From positions 110,720 to 174,719 of the forward strand of contig CAZBFO010000001.1 of NCBI GenBank assembly GCA_964491475.1: 64,000 nucleotides of DNA, in the 5' to 3' direction. Below the pieces are notes generated by a model that saw nothing but the letters and a program-made list of their open reading frames with translations, did no database searches and was not told the DNA's origin. Below are positions 42,852-51,324 of this stretch, one piece after another; positions within the stretch are counted from its first letter, which is position 1; each line of letters begins with the position of its first letter. The DNA is from an uncultured Gammaproteobacteria bacterium. Lineage in GTDB: Bacteria > Patescibacteriota > Patescibacteriia > SG8-24. Both the position numbers and the translations under genes were made by a program.

Positions 42852-43046
42852 ATGGATCCCATCTTCGAACCGGCATGGGTCAACTACCTCACGCCCATCA
42901 GTGACTACGCCGGGTACGGCCTCATCGCCGTCTTCGCAGCCTCATTCGTCTGGACCTGCGCCACGCTGGGCGGCATGGTCTCGCGGGCCGGCGAGATCGA
43001 TAAGGCAGAAGGGAATGCCGACCAGACCAAGGACGACGCAAAGTAG
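42852..43046 (+). CDS. Small single-TM hypothetical protein
   Basis: AAGGAG SD, hydrophobic core. Confidence 0.6.
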   Translation: MDPIFEPAWVNYLTPISDYAGYGLIAVFAASFVWTCATLGGMVSRAGEIDKAEGNADQTKDDAK

Positions 43047-43087
43047 TCCAACCGCAACGATATTGACCTTTTTTCCCGGTCATGATT

Positions 43088-43112
43088 AAATCCTAGCAAT
43101 CAGCTAGGATTT
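43088..43112. promoter_or_regulatory. Putative Rrf2 operator
   Basis: Perfect inverted repeat AAATCCTAGC-N5-GCTAGGATTT, 7 nt before the rrf2 start and downstream of TTGACC (43063). Confidence 0.7.
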
Positions 43113-43119
43113 TCTTTTT

Positions 43120-43557
43120 GTGCTAAAAGTCCCCCAAAAAGCCGACCATGCCCTGCTGCTGATGCGCCATCTGGCCGTCAGGCACGCCGCCAAACAGCCG
43201 CTGTCCCTCGAGGACGTGGCCAAGGCCGAAGGCATCTCCCAGGGATACCTCGAAGAGGTGGCCCGGCTTTTGCGTTCAGCCAAGCTGGTCGAGGGGCGCC
43301 GCGGCATCGGCGGCGGCTATGTGCTTTCGCGCGATCCTCAAGACGTCACCGTGGCCGACGTGGTCACGGCCATCGAAGGCCCCAAGTGGACCGCAGAATG
43401 CCTCGGCGAATCCAAGCGCCCGCGCGTTGCCGCGCACGACGTCCTGTGGCGCAAAGTGCAGGGCCAGGTGATGACCATGCTTCGCGGCATGACCATTGCC
43501 GACGTCGCCGAGGAAGCCGCCGCCCAGGCCAAGCGCGCCGAGACGCTGACCAAGTAA
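43120..43557 (+). CDS. Rrf2-family transcriptional regulator
   Basis: ISQGYLEEV, GRRGIGGGYVL and VADVVTAIEG. Confidence 0.9.
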   Translation: MLKVPQKADHALLLMRHLAVRHAAKQPLSLEDVAKAEGISQGYLEEVARLLRSAKLVEGRRGIGGGYVLSRDPQDVTVADVVTAIEGPKWTAECLGESKRPRVAAHDVLWRKVQGQVMTMLRGMTIADVAEEAAAQAKRAETLTK

Positions 43558-43558
43558 T

Positions 43559-44956
43559 ATGGAAACGACTCTCGATCCCATCCGCGCGGTCTACGACGAC
43601 CACTCCAGCGCGAAAGTGAAGTACGCCGCGCCCGAAGGCCTCTCCGAGGAGATCGTGCGCGAGATTTCGCGTCAGAAAAACGAACCGGACTGGATGCTGG
43701 AGAAGCGCCTGCGCGGCCTTGAGCTGTTCCTGCAGACCCCGATGCCGTCATGGGGCCCGTCTTTGGAAAATCTCGACCTCAACAAAATCGTCTACTACGT
43801 CCGCCCCGACGCCAAGGAATCCAAGACGTGGGATGAGGTGCCGGCCGACATCCGCGCCACTTTTGAAAAGCTGGGCATCCCCGAAGCCGAACGCAACTCG
43901 CTCTCCGGCGTCGGCGCGCAGTTCGATTCCGACGTGGTCTACCACAGCCTCAAGAAGGAGTGGGAGGAGAAGGGCGTGATTTTCGAGAACATGGACGTGG
44001 CCGTGCACCAGTATCCGGAGCTGGTGAAGAAGTACTTCATGACCGATTGCATCCCGGTGTCGGATCACAAGTTCATCATGCTCCACGCTGCCGTCTGGAG
44101 CGGGGGAACGTTCATCTACGTGCCGCCCGGCGTGAAGGTCAACGTGCCGCTGCAAGCGTACTTCCGCATGAACCAAGAAAAGGGCGGACAGTTCGAGCAC
44201 ACTTTGATTATCGTCGATGAAGGCGCGTCAGTTGAATACATCGAGGGCTGCAGCGCGCCGCGGTTCGCCGCCAGCGCTTTGCACGCCGGTTGCGTGGAAC
44301 TGCACGTCAAGAAAAACGCGCGCATCAAGTATTCCTCGATCGAGAACTGGAGCAAGAACACGTTCAACTTGAACACCAAGCGCGCGGTTGTCGAGGCGCA
44401 CGGCACCGTCGAATGGCTCAACGGCAACATGGGCTCGGGCACGACCATGCTGTACCCGTGCAGCGTGTTGCGCGGAGAGGGCGCGCATTCGGAATCGCTC
44501 GGCGTGGCCTTCGCCGGTCCCGGACAAAACCAGGACACCGGTTCCAAGGTGATTCACGCGGCGCCGCACACCACTTCGGTCATCCGCGCCAAGTCCATCA
44601 GCAAGGACGGCGGCATCTCGACCTATCGCGGCCTGGTACGCGTGACGGCTGCCGCCAAGGAGACGGCTTCTTCCGTGAACTGCGACGCGCTGCTGATGGG
44701 TGACGGGTCGGTCTCGAACACCTATCCGTTCATGCGCGTGGACACCTCCGCCGTGGACGTGGCGCACGAGGCGACCGTGGGGCGCATCGGCGAAGAGGAA
44801 ATCTTCTACCTGATGTCGCGCGGACTGTCCGAGGAGAAGGCGCTAAAGATGATCGTCAGCGGATTCATCGAGCCGGTGACGAAACGGCTGCCTCTGGAGT
44901 ATGCGGTGGAGCTCAACAAACTTATTGAGTTGGAGATGACGGGGTCGGTGGGATAA
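43559..44956 (+). CDS. sufB: Fe-S cluster assembly protein SufB
   Basis: LGIPEAER, VWSGGTF, GQFEHTLI, YIEGCSAP and HEATVG. Confidence 0.96.
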   Translation: METTLDPIRAVYDDHSSAKVKYAAPEGLSEEIVREISRQKNEPDWMLEKRLRGLELFLQTPMPSWGPSLENLDLNKIVYYVRPDAKESKTWDEVPADIRATFEKLGIPEAERNSLSGVGAQFDSDVVYHSLKKEWEEKGVIFENMDVAVHQYPELVKKYFMTDCIPVSDHKFIMLHAAVWSGGTFIYVPPGVKVNVPLQAYFRMNQEKGGQFEHTLIIVDEGASVEYIEGCSAPRFAASALHAGCVELHVKKNARIKYSSIENWSKNTFNLNTKRAVVEAHGTVEWLNGNMGSGTTMLYPCSVLRGEGAHSESLGVAFAGPGQNQDTGSKVIHAAPHTTSVIRAKSISKDGGISTYRGLVRVTAAAKETASSVNCDALLMGDGSVSNTYPFMRVDTSAVDVAHEATVGRIGEEEIFYLMSRGLSEEKALKMIVSGFIEPVTKRLPLEYAVELNKLIELEMTGSVG

Positions 44957-44987
44957 ACCCGTTGTGCGCGTGTTCTGCTCATGCGGG

Positions 44988-45081
44988 CCGCGGGTCCTGT
45001 CAGGGGCTCACCCCACGAGTGCTCGGTCGCCTGCGGGCGACACTGCGCGCTCGCGGGGTCCCCAGCCCCTGCCACCCGCGG
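44988..45081 (+). repeat. Long-hairpin intergenic repeat, copy 1 (REP/MITE-like)
   Basis: Matches the reverse complement of 53913-54003 except for one substitution and a 3-nt indel; CCGCGGGT/ACCCGCGG termini. Confidence 0.85.
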
Positions 45082-45110
45082 TTCGCATATGGAGAGCACG
45101 CAACGCATTT

Positions 45111-46316
45111 ATGAACGACACATTGATGGCACAACCCAAGACGCTTGAAGGCCTCCGCAAAGCGGCTGCGGCCGACTTTGCGTTGGCGCACGATGTTTCG
45201 CTCAAGTACGGGTTGAACGTGTTTTTTTCGCCGAAGACTGTTGCGATGCCGTTTGGTGATGTGGACTCTGCTGTCCGCTCGGAGATTCGGTTGCCGGAGG
45301 GATTGGCGGCTTACTCATTTGAGGAGTGCATGAATGATCCGAAGATGGCCGAGGCGGTGTTGAACGCGCTGGCGGCCAAGGACATTCGTGCCGAGAAGAT
45401 TGCGGCTTGGCATCGCAGTCAGGCGGGAGTCGGGACGGCCATCGTGGTGCCGCCGAATTTTTCTTCTGATGAGCCGATTCGAATTGATTTGGTGCTTCGA
45501 GATGCGCGACGCGTAGAGAATGTGTTGATCGTGGCATGCGAAGGCGCGCGCGTGACCGTGGTGGAGCATCTTCGTTCAGAGGCTATGCCGGGAAGCGCGG
45601 CAGACGACGCCGCCTCCGCTATAAAGAATGACGAGGTGAAACTTCGCAGCGCAATCACAGACATCATCGTGCATCCCAACGCCAAGGTCACGCACATCTC
45701 GCTGCAGGATTTTGCCGAGAACGTCACCGACCTCTCGCTCAAGCGCGCCAAAGTGCAACGCGACGCTTCCATGACTTGGATCGAGTGCGTCTTTGGCGGC
45801 GGGTTCAGCCAGTCGCTGGTCAGCACCGAACTGTTGGAGGAAGGCGCGTCGACCGGATCGAAGACGCAGTTCTTCGGTCGCGCCTCGCAGAAGTTCGATC
45901 TGTATCAGCACGTTCGCCACGCGGCTTCGCACACGCACTCCGAACTCCGCACTCGCGGCGCGCTGATGGATACGGCCAAGACCATTTATCGAGGCCTGGT
46001 TCGTATCGAGAAGGGGACCAAGGGCTGCATCGGCCATCAGAAGGAAGACACCTTGCTTCTCGGCGAGAAGGCCGAGATCGATGCCGTGCCCAATCTCGAA
46101 ATCGAATCCGAGGACGTCCGCTGCGGCCATTCCGCCTCGGTCGGGCGCATCGACAAGGACAAGCTGTTCTATCTGATGTCGCGCGGGCTCGATGAAGGAG
46201 CGGCACGCAAGTTCTTGGTCGAAGGCTTCTTTGCGCCTATCGTCAACGAGATGCGCGCGGCCGGCCTTGAAGACCGCGTGCAGTGCATCATCGACGAACG
46301 TATCGCGCCGTTGTAG
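45111..46316 (+). CDS. sufD: Fe-S cluster assembly protein SufD
   Basis: Beta-helix; IYRGLVRI, DAVPNLEI, CGHSASVG and LFYLMSRG. Confidence 0.88.
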   Translation: MNDTLMAQPKTLEGLRKAAAADFALAHDVSLKYGLNVFFSPKTVAMPFGDVDSAVRSEIRLPEGLAAYSFEECMNDPKMAEAVLNALAAKDIRAEKIAAWHRSQAGVGTAIVVPPNFSSDEPIRIDLVLRDARRVENVLIVACEGARVTVVEHLRSEAMPGSAADDAASAIKNDEVKLRSAITDIIVHPNAKVTHISLQDFAENVTDLSLKRAKVQRDASMTWIECVFGGGFSQSLVSTELLEEGASTGSKTQFFGRASQKFDLYQHVRHAASHTHSELRTRGALMDTAKTIYRGLVRIEKGTKGCIGHQKEDTLLLGEKAEIDAVPNLEIESEDVRCGHSASVGRIDKDKLFYLMSRGLDEGAARKFLVEGFFAPIVNEMRAAGLEDRVQCIIDERIAPL

Positions 46317-46342
46317 GTGTCGAGAAGAAACATGACACGCTT

Positions 46343-47575
46343 ATGAAAGACACGCTCGACGTCGCAAACCTCCGCAAGGACTTTCCGATGCTGTCGCAGA
46401 ACGACGGCAAGCGTTTTGCGTACCTCGACAGCGCCTCGTCTTCCCTGACGCCCGCACCAGTGCTGGCGGCCATGGACGACTACTACCGCACCTACCGCGC
46501 CAACGTGCATCGCGGCATGTACAAGATCAGCGAGAAGGCCACCGAGCGGTACGAGGAAGTCCGCCGCAAGATCGCCGACCTCATCCGTGCCGACGAGAAC
46601 GAAATCGTCTTCACCCGCGGCACCACCGAAGGGATCAACATGGTGGCGCACTCGCTCGCCAAGCGGCTCGGCAGCGGTGACGAAGCGGTGCTGACCGTGA
46701 TGGAGCATCACGCCAATCTGGTTCCGTGGCAGCAGTACGCCAAGGAATACGGCTTTGCGTTGCGCTTCATTCCGCTCACAGCCGACTACCAACTCGACAC
46801 GGAGGCGGCGCAAAGGATGATCACTCCGGCAACGAAGGTCGTCGCGGTCACCTACGCCTCGAACGTGCTGGGCACGATCGTTCCCGTCGCAAAAATTGCC
46901 GCTCTTGCTCGTGCGGTCGGCGCAACCGTCGTCATCGACGCAGCGCAAGCCGCCGGCCACGCGCAAATCGACGTCCGCAAATGGGACTGCGACTTCCTGG
47001 CGTTCTCCGGACACAAGATGTTCGGCCCCACCGGCACCGGCGTGCTCTACGGAAAGAAGGCCGCTCTCGAAAAACTGACGCCGATGCAGTACGGCGGCGA
47101 CATGATCAAGGAAGTGCGCTTCGAGGACGCCACTTGGAACGAGGTGCCGTGGAAATTTGAGGCGGGTACGCCGAACATCGCAGGGGTTATCGGACTTGGT
47201 ACTGCAGCCGATTACGTTCGTGCCATCGGCGTCGACATGATTGGCACGCACGAAACTGCGTTGGCCAAAGATGCCGTCGCCAAACTCACGGCCGTTCCGG
47301 GCGTTCGAATCATCGGTCCCGGAGCGGACGCGGAACGCACGGGCGTGGTCTCCTTTGACGTCGAAGGCATTCACCCGCACGACGTCGCCACCATTCTTGA
47401 TGCCGAGGGCGTCTGCGTGCGCGGCGGCCATCACTGCGCCATGCCGTTGCTGCAGTCGCTCAAGCTGGTCAACGGCACCACGCGTGCCAGCTTCGGGGCA
47501 TACAGCACCGCCGAAGACGTCGGCGCGCTCGTGGCAGGCATCATCAAGGCGCGCAAAATCTTCAAACTCGCCTGA
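46343..47575 (+). CDS. sufS: Cysteine desulfurase SufS
   Basis: YLDSAS, EHHAN, SGHKM, EAGTP and RGGHHCA. Confidence 0.94.
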   Translation: MKDTLDVANLRKDFPMLSQNDGKRFAYLDSASSSLTPAPVLAAMDDYYRTYRANVHRGMYKISEKATERYEEVRRKIADLIRADENEIVFTRGTTEGINMVAHSLAKRLGSGDEAVLTVMEHHANLVPWQQYAKEYGFALRFIPLTADYQLDTEAAQRMITPATKVVAVTYASNVLGTIVPVAKIAALARAVGATVVIDAAQAAGHAQIDVRKWDCDFLAFSGHKMFGPTGTGVLYGKKAALEKLTPMQYGGDMIKEVRFEDATWNEVPWKFEAGTPNIAGVIGLGTAADYVRAIGVDMIGTHETALAKDAVAKLTAVPGVRIIGPGADAERTGVVSFDVEGIHPHDVATILDAEGVCVRGGHHCAMPLLQSLKLVNGTTRASFGAYSTAEDVGALVAGIIKARKIFKLA

Positions 47576-47576
47576 T

Positions 47577-47999
47577 ATGGAACTCTACATTGACTCCAGC
47601 GACGACCTCATCGGCGACGAGCAGATGTACATGGAGAACATCCTCGACCACTCCAAGCATCCGCACAACGCCGGCACCATCCCAAACGCCACCTTCATGC
47701 ACCAGGAGGTCAACACCTCCTGCGGCGACGCCATCTCCATCTACGTGAAGCTGGCCGACGGCAAAGTGACCGACGTGAAGTTCGACGGTCACGGTTGCGC
47801 CATCAGCCAGGCAAGCGTGTCGATGCTCACCGACTTCGTGAAAGGCAAGACGGTCGCGGAACTGCAGGCGCTGACCAAGGAAGACATCTTCGGCCTGCTG
47901 GGAATCACTGTCGGCATGACGCGTCTCCGCTGCGCGTTGCTCGGACTCAAGACGTTGGAAATCGGACTCGCGGAACACCTGAAGGACTCTGGCACATAA
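47577..47999 (+). CDS. sufU: SufU/NifU-N Fe-S scaffold or sulfur acceptor
   Basis: NTSCGD, GCAISQAS and RLRCA; no LPPVK motif. Confidence 0.88.
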   Translation: MELYIDSSDDLIGDEQMYMENILDHSKHPHNAGTIPNATFMHQEVNTSCGDAISIYVKLADGKVTDVKFDGHGCAISQASVSMLTDFVKGKTVAELQALTKEDIFGLLGITVGMTRLRCALLGLKTLEIGLAEHLKDSGT

Positions 48000-48011
48000 C
48001 TCTCCATCCCT

Positions 48012-48737
48012 ATGTCACTCAAAATCGCGAAACTCCACGTCTCCCGCGAGGGCAAGGAAATCGTCAAAGGCGTGTCGCTCTCCGTTGCGCCCGGCGAAGT
48101 GCACGCGCTGATGGGACAGAACGGCTCCGGCAAATCGTCACTGGCCAACGCGCTGATGGGCCATCCCAAGTACGCCATCACCGACGGCACCATCAGCATC
48201 GACGACGAGGGCCTGACAGCGCTCAAACCGAACGAGCGCGCCGCCAAGGGCCTGTTCCTGTCGATGCAGCATCCGCCCGAGGTCTCCGGCGTGACCGTGG
48301 CGCACTTCCTCCGCGTCATCACCACCACCGCGCGCCGCGAACCGCTCTCGGTTGCCGATTTCCGCAAGCTGCTGATGGAAAAGATGGCCGACCTCAAGAT
48401 CGACGGGGCCTTCATGCACCGCGGCCTCAACGAAGGCTTCTCCGGCGGCGAAAAGAAGCGCATGGAAATCCTGCAGCTGGCCCTGCTTGCGCCGAAATAT
48501 GCCATACTGGACGAGACCGACTCCGGCCTGGACGTCGACGCGCTCAAGATCGTCAGCGACGGCGTGAAGAAGCTGCGCGAGCAGGGGATGGGCGTGCTGC
48601 TCATCACTCACCACACTCGCATCTTGCAGGATTTGGTTCCTGACAAGGTCCACGTACTCAAGGACGGCCTAATCGTGGCCGAGGGCGGCTCGGAACTGGC
48701 CTCGGAAATCGAAAAGGAAGGATTCACCAAGTGGTAA
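48012..48737 (+). CDS. sufC: Fe-S assembly ATPase SufC
   Basis: GQNGSGKS, NEGFSGGEKKR and LDETDSGLD. Confidence 0.95.
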   Translation: MSLKIAKLHVSREGKEIVKGVSLSVAPGEVHALMGQNGSGKSSLANALMGHPKYAITDGTISIDDEGLTALKPNERAAKGLFLSMQHPPEVSGVTVAHFLRVITTTARREPLSVADFRKLLMEKMADLKIDGAFMHRGLNEGFSGGEKKRMEILQLALLAPKYAILDETDSGLDVDALKIVSDGVKKLREQGMGVLLITHHTRILQDLVPDKVHVLKDGLIVAEGGSELASEIEKEGFTKW

Positions 48738-48747
48738 ACCGACACTT

Positions 48748-49038
48748 ATGGTCATCAAGGACGAAGTCATCGAAGTGCTGAAGAACACACTCGACCCCGA
48801 ACTCGGCATCGACCTGTACACTCTCGGGCTTATTTACGATGTCGACATGGACGAGAAGAACCAGAAGCTGGTCATCAAGATGACCTTCACCACGCCGCTG
48901 TGCCCGTACGGCCCGCAGATGGTCGGCGAACTCAAGAGCAAGTTCCGCGCGCTGGGCCTCGACGACGTCAAAGTGGACGTGGTGTTCGACCCGCCATGGG
49001 AACCCAGCGAGGAAGTCCGCGCGATGTTGGGGGTGTAA
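48748..49038 (+). CDS. sufT: DUF59/SufT metal-sulfur cluster assembly factor
   Basis: DPELGIDL..LGLIY, TTPLCP and FDPPW. Confidence 0.88.
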   Translation: MVIKDEVIEVLKNTLDPELGIDLYTLGLIYDVDMDEKNQKLVIKMTFTTPLCPYGPQMVGELKSKFRALGLDDVKVDVVFDPPWEPSEEVRAMLGV

Positions 49039-49139
49039 CCCGAAAACGCTCCGATTACGGGGCGTTTTTTGCATTTGACAGCATCGGGCCTGGCTGGTTA
49101 ATTGGCGGGCGTTTTCGTTCATGCTAACGTATAAGCGCT

Positions 49140-49520
49140 ATGCGAAACGAAGAGAAAATCATCGGGATGATTTCGGACTTGGGCAATCAGGTGAACCGCA
49201 GGTTCGACGCGCTCGAAGCCAAAGTCACCGGAATGAACGCGGATATCGGCGATCTGAAAACTGATGTTGCTAGCCTGAAGTCGGACGTCGCAGTGCTCAA
49301 ATCCGACGTCGCAGTGCTCAAATCCGACGTCGCAGTGCTCAAGTCAGACAATGCCGATCTGAAAGGCTCCCAAGCTGCCATGACCGAAGGCATCTCGCAT
49401 CTCTACGACCGCATGGACTCACTCGAGACGTACGTGCGCGAAAAGGTCGCCACCAAAGACGACCTCGCCGCCCACGGCTTCCGCATCACCAGGCTCGAAC
49501 GGCTTCAGGGCATAGCCTGA
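49140..49520 (+). CDS. Coiled-coil heptad-repeat protein
   Basis: (LKSDVAV)n heptads; ATKDDL and RITRLE at the C-terminus. Confidence 0.75.
   Translation: MRNEEKIIGMISDLGNQVNRRFDALEAKVTGMNADIGDLKTDVASLKSDVAVLKSDVAVLKSDVAVLKSDNADLKGSQAAMTEGISHLYDRMDSLETYVREKVATKDDLAAHGFRITRLERLQGIA
49281..49343 (+). repeat. In-frame 21-bp tandem repeat, three copies
   Basis: TC(G/C)GACGTCGCAGTGCTCAA(A/G) x3 with degenerate flanking units. Confidence 0.9.
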
Positions 49521-49537
49521 ACCAATAGGAGGACTCG

Positions 49538-49975
49538 ATGAAAATGCGACGCGAATCCAACGGCATCTACGTGGTCAGCCTCGAACGGGGCGACGACCTT
49601 CGTTCCTGCGTCGAAAAGATGGCGCTCGACGCTGACATCGTCGGCGGCCGCGTCACGGCCATCGGCGGGGTCGAGAACCCGGAGCTCGGCTGCTACGATC
49701 TGGCCACCAAGTCGTACTCGCGCAAGACCTTCAACGGCATCTACGAGCTGGTGTCGCTCGACGGCAACCTGACCATCAAGGAAGGCAAGCCGTTCCTGCA
49801 CGTGCACGCGGTCATCTCCGGTGCCGACTTCGTGGCGTACGCCGGCCACCTGTTCGACTGCAAGGTCGGACTGGTCGCCGAAATGTTCATTGATCCGCTC
49901 GGCGCGCCGCTGGCGCGCCTGCTGTGCGAAGACATCGGCCTGTCGCGCTGGGAGCCGCTGGGCGTCAAGCAATAG
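49538..49975 (+). CDS. PPC/DUF296 domain protein
   Basis: ELVSLDGNL, HVHAV and AGHL. Confidence 0.87.
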   Translation: MKMRRESNGIYVVSLERGDDLRSCVEKMALDADIVGGRVTAIGGVENPELGCYDLATKSYSRKTFNGIYELVSLDGNLTIKEGKPFLHVHAVISGADFVAYAGHLFDCKVGLVAEMFIDPLGAPLARLLCEDIGLSRWEPLGVKQ

Positions 49976-49983
49976 TCACGACC

Positions 49984-50259
49984 ATGAAGAGACTCTGGTT
50001 CAGGGCAAAGTACTACGGCTACGGCTGGTATCCCGCGACCTGGGAAGGCTGGCTTTCGATCGCCGTCTGGCTGGCAGCCGTCCTCGCCGGCATGCGCCTG
50101 TTCGTCGGCGCCACCTTGGCGGACCCCACCAACTTCTGGCTGACGTTGTGCTTCGTCACTTACGTCAGCCTGCTCACCGGAGCGCTCGTCCTCCTCTGCC
50201 TCAAAAAGGGCGAAAAGCCCGGTTGGCGCTGGGGCAAGCCGAAGGAGCCCAAAAAGTAG
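49984..50259 (+). CDS. Small membrane protein
   Basis: WFRAKYYGYGWYPATWEGW plus two TM helices and WRWG. Confidence 0.75.
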   Translation: MKRLWFRAKYYGYGWYPATWEGWLSIAVWLAAVLAGMRLFVGATLADPTNFWLTLCFVTYVSLLTGALVLLCLKKGEKPGWRWGKPKEPKK

Positions 50260-50333
50260 GCGCTTTCCCGCCCCATAAGGCGGGATTTTTCTTTTGTGCT
50301 AGACTGCAAGCAGAACCTCTAACCCGCACCCTT

Positions 50334-50573
50334 ATGGCGCACGCCGTCACCGTCTACTCCACGCCCACCTGCCCGTACTGCAAAATGGCCAAGAGTTTCC
50401 TGGCCGAAAACAAGATCGACTTCAAGGAAGTCGACGTCTCCATGGACGACAAGGCCGCCCAAGAGATGATCGACAAGTCCGGCCAGATGGGCGTGCCGGT
50501 CATCGACATCGACGGCAAGTTCATCGTCGGGTTCGACAAGGACGCGATGAAGGCGGCGTTGGGACTCCAGTAA
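50334..50573 (+). CDS. Glutaredoxin/NrdH-like (YruB) protein
   Basis: CPYC, SGQMGVPV and VGFD. Confidence 0.92.
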   Translation: MAHAVTVYSTPTCPYCKMAKSFLAENKIDFKEVDVSMDDKAAQEMIDKSGQMGVPVIDIDGKFIVGFDKDAMKAALGLQ

Positions 50574-50577
50574 GCAG

Positions 50578-50607
50578 AAACGCCTCGCGCAAATGCGAGG
50601 CGTTTTT
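50578..50607. terminator. Bidirectional intrinsic terminator
   Basis: AAACGCCTCGC-GCAAAT-GCGAGGCGTTT between convergent genes. Confidence 0.8.
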
Positions 50608-50620
50608 CAATTGCGTGAGT

Positions 50621-51205
50621 TTACTTGAGCCGCGCGGCCGCACGCTTCCAATCGACGTGCTCCCAGAAACCTTTGATGAATCCGGCGCGATCGTTGCGAT
50701 GGTCGATGTAGTAGGCGTGCTCCCAAACGTCCAGCGTCAGGATCGGCCTCTTGTCAGTGCCGACCGGCGTCTCCGCGTCCTTGTATTGGGCGATCTCCAA
50801 CGTGCCGTCGGCCTTCTGCACCAGCCAGGCCCAGCCCGATCCGAACAGCGTCAGCGCCTTCTGGCCGAACTGTTCCTTGAAGGCCTCGACCGAACCGAAG
50901 TCGCGCATAAGCGCATCCGACAGCGCACCTTCCGGACCGGAGGCAGTCGGAGCAAGGCACTCCCAGAAGAACGAGTGGTTCCAATGCTGCGCGGCATTGT
51001 TGAAGACGCCGGCATCCTTGCCGCGCGAGTCTGCGACGACCTCCTCGAGCGACATGGCGGCGCGGGGCGTGTTTTCGACTGCGGCGTTGAGTTTGCTGAC
51101 GTAGGCGGCGTGATGCTTGCCGTGGTGATACGAAAACGTTTCCGCGCTCGTCCAGGCGCCGAAGGCGTTCGGAGCGTACGGGAGTTCGGGGAGGGTGAAA
51201 GCCAT
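50621..51205 (-). CDS. sodB: Fe/Mn superoxide dismutase (Fe-type residues)
   Basis: HHGKHH, FNNAAQHWNH, FGSGW and DVWEHAYY. Confidence 0.92.
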   Translation of the reverse strand: MAFTLPELPYAPNAFGAWTSAETFSYHHGKHHAAYVSKLNAAVENTPRAAMSLEEVVADSRGKDAGVFNNAAQHWNHSFFWECLAPTASGPEGALSDALMRDFGSVEAFKEQFGQKALTLFGSGWAWLVQKADGTLEIAQYKDAETPVGTDKRPILTLDVWEHAYYIDHRNDRAGFIKGFWEHVDWKRAAARLK

Positions 51206-51324
51206 AAGTGACGGTGATGCGGACCAGCGTCCGCGTGCGGTCATACTAACCCCGCGGCACTTCACAGGCAAGGCGCGACGTGATAGCCTCGTGCTGCCTG
51301 CGCATTGCAAGGCGAGGAGACAGC

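Noticed and set aside
40733-43046. Integron cassette array
   Set aside because: The intergenic hairpins look like ordinary terminators with U-tracts. No consistent attC boxes and no intI were seen.
44964-45107. SRP RNA, 6S RNA or a riboswitch
   Set aside because: It lacks the SRP helix-8 motif and recognisable aptamer motifs, and an inverted second copy favours a dispersed repeat.
49239-49364. Possible CRISPR array
   Set aside because: Repeats are contiguous, lack spacers and are in frame within a coiled-coil gene; no cas genes.
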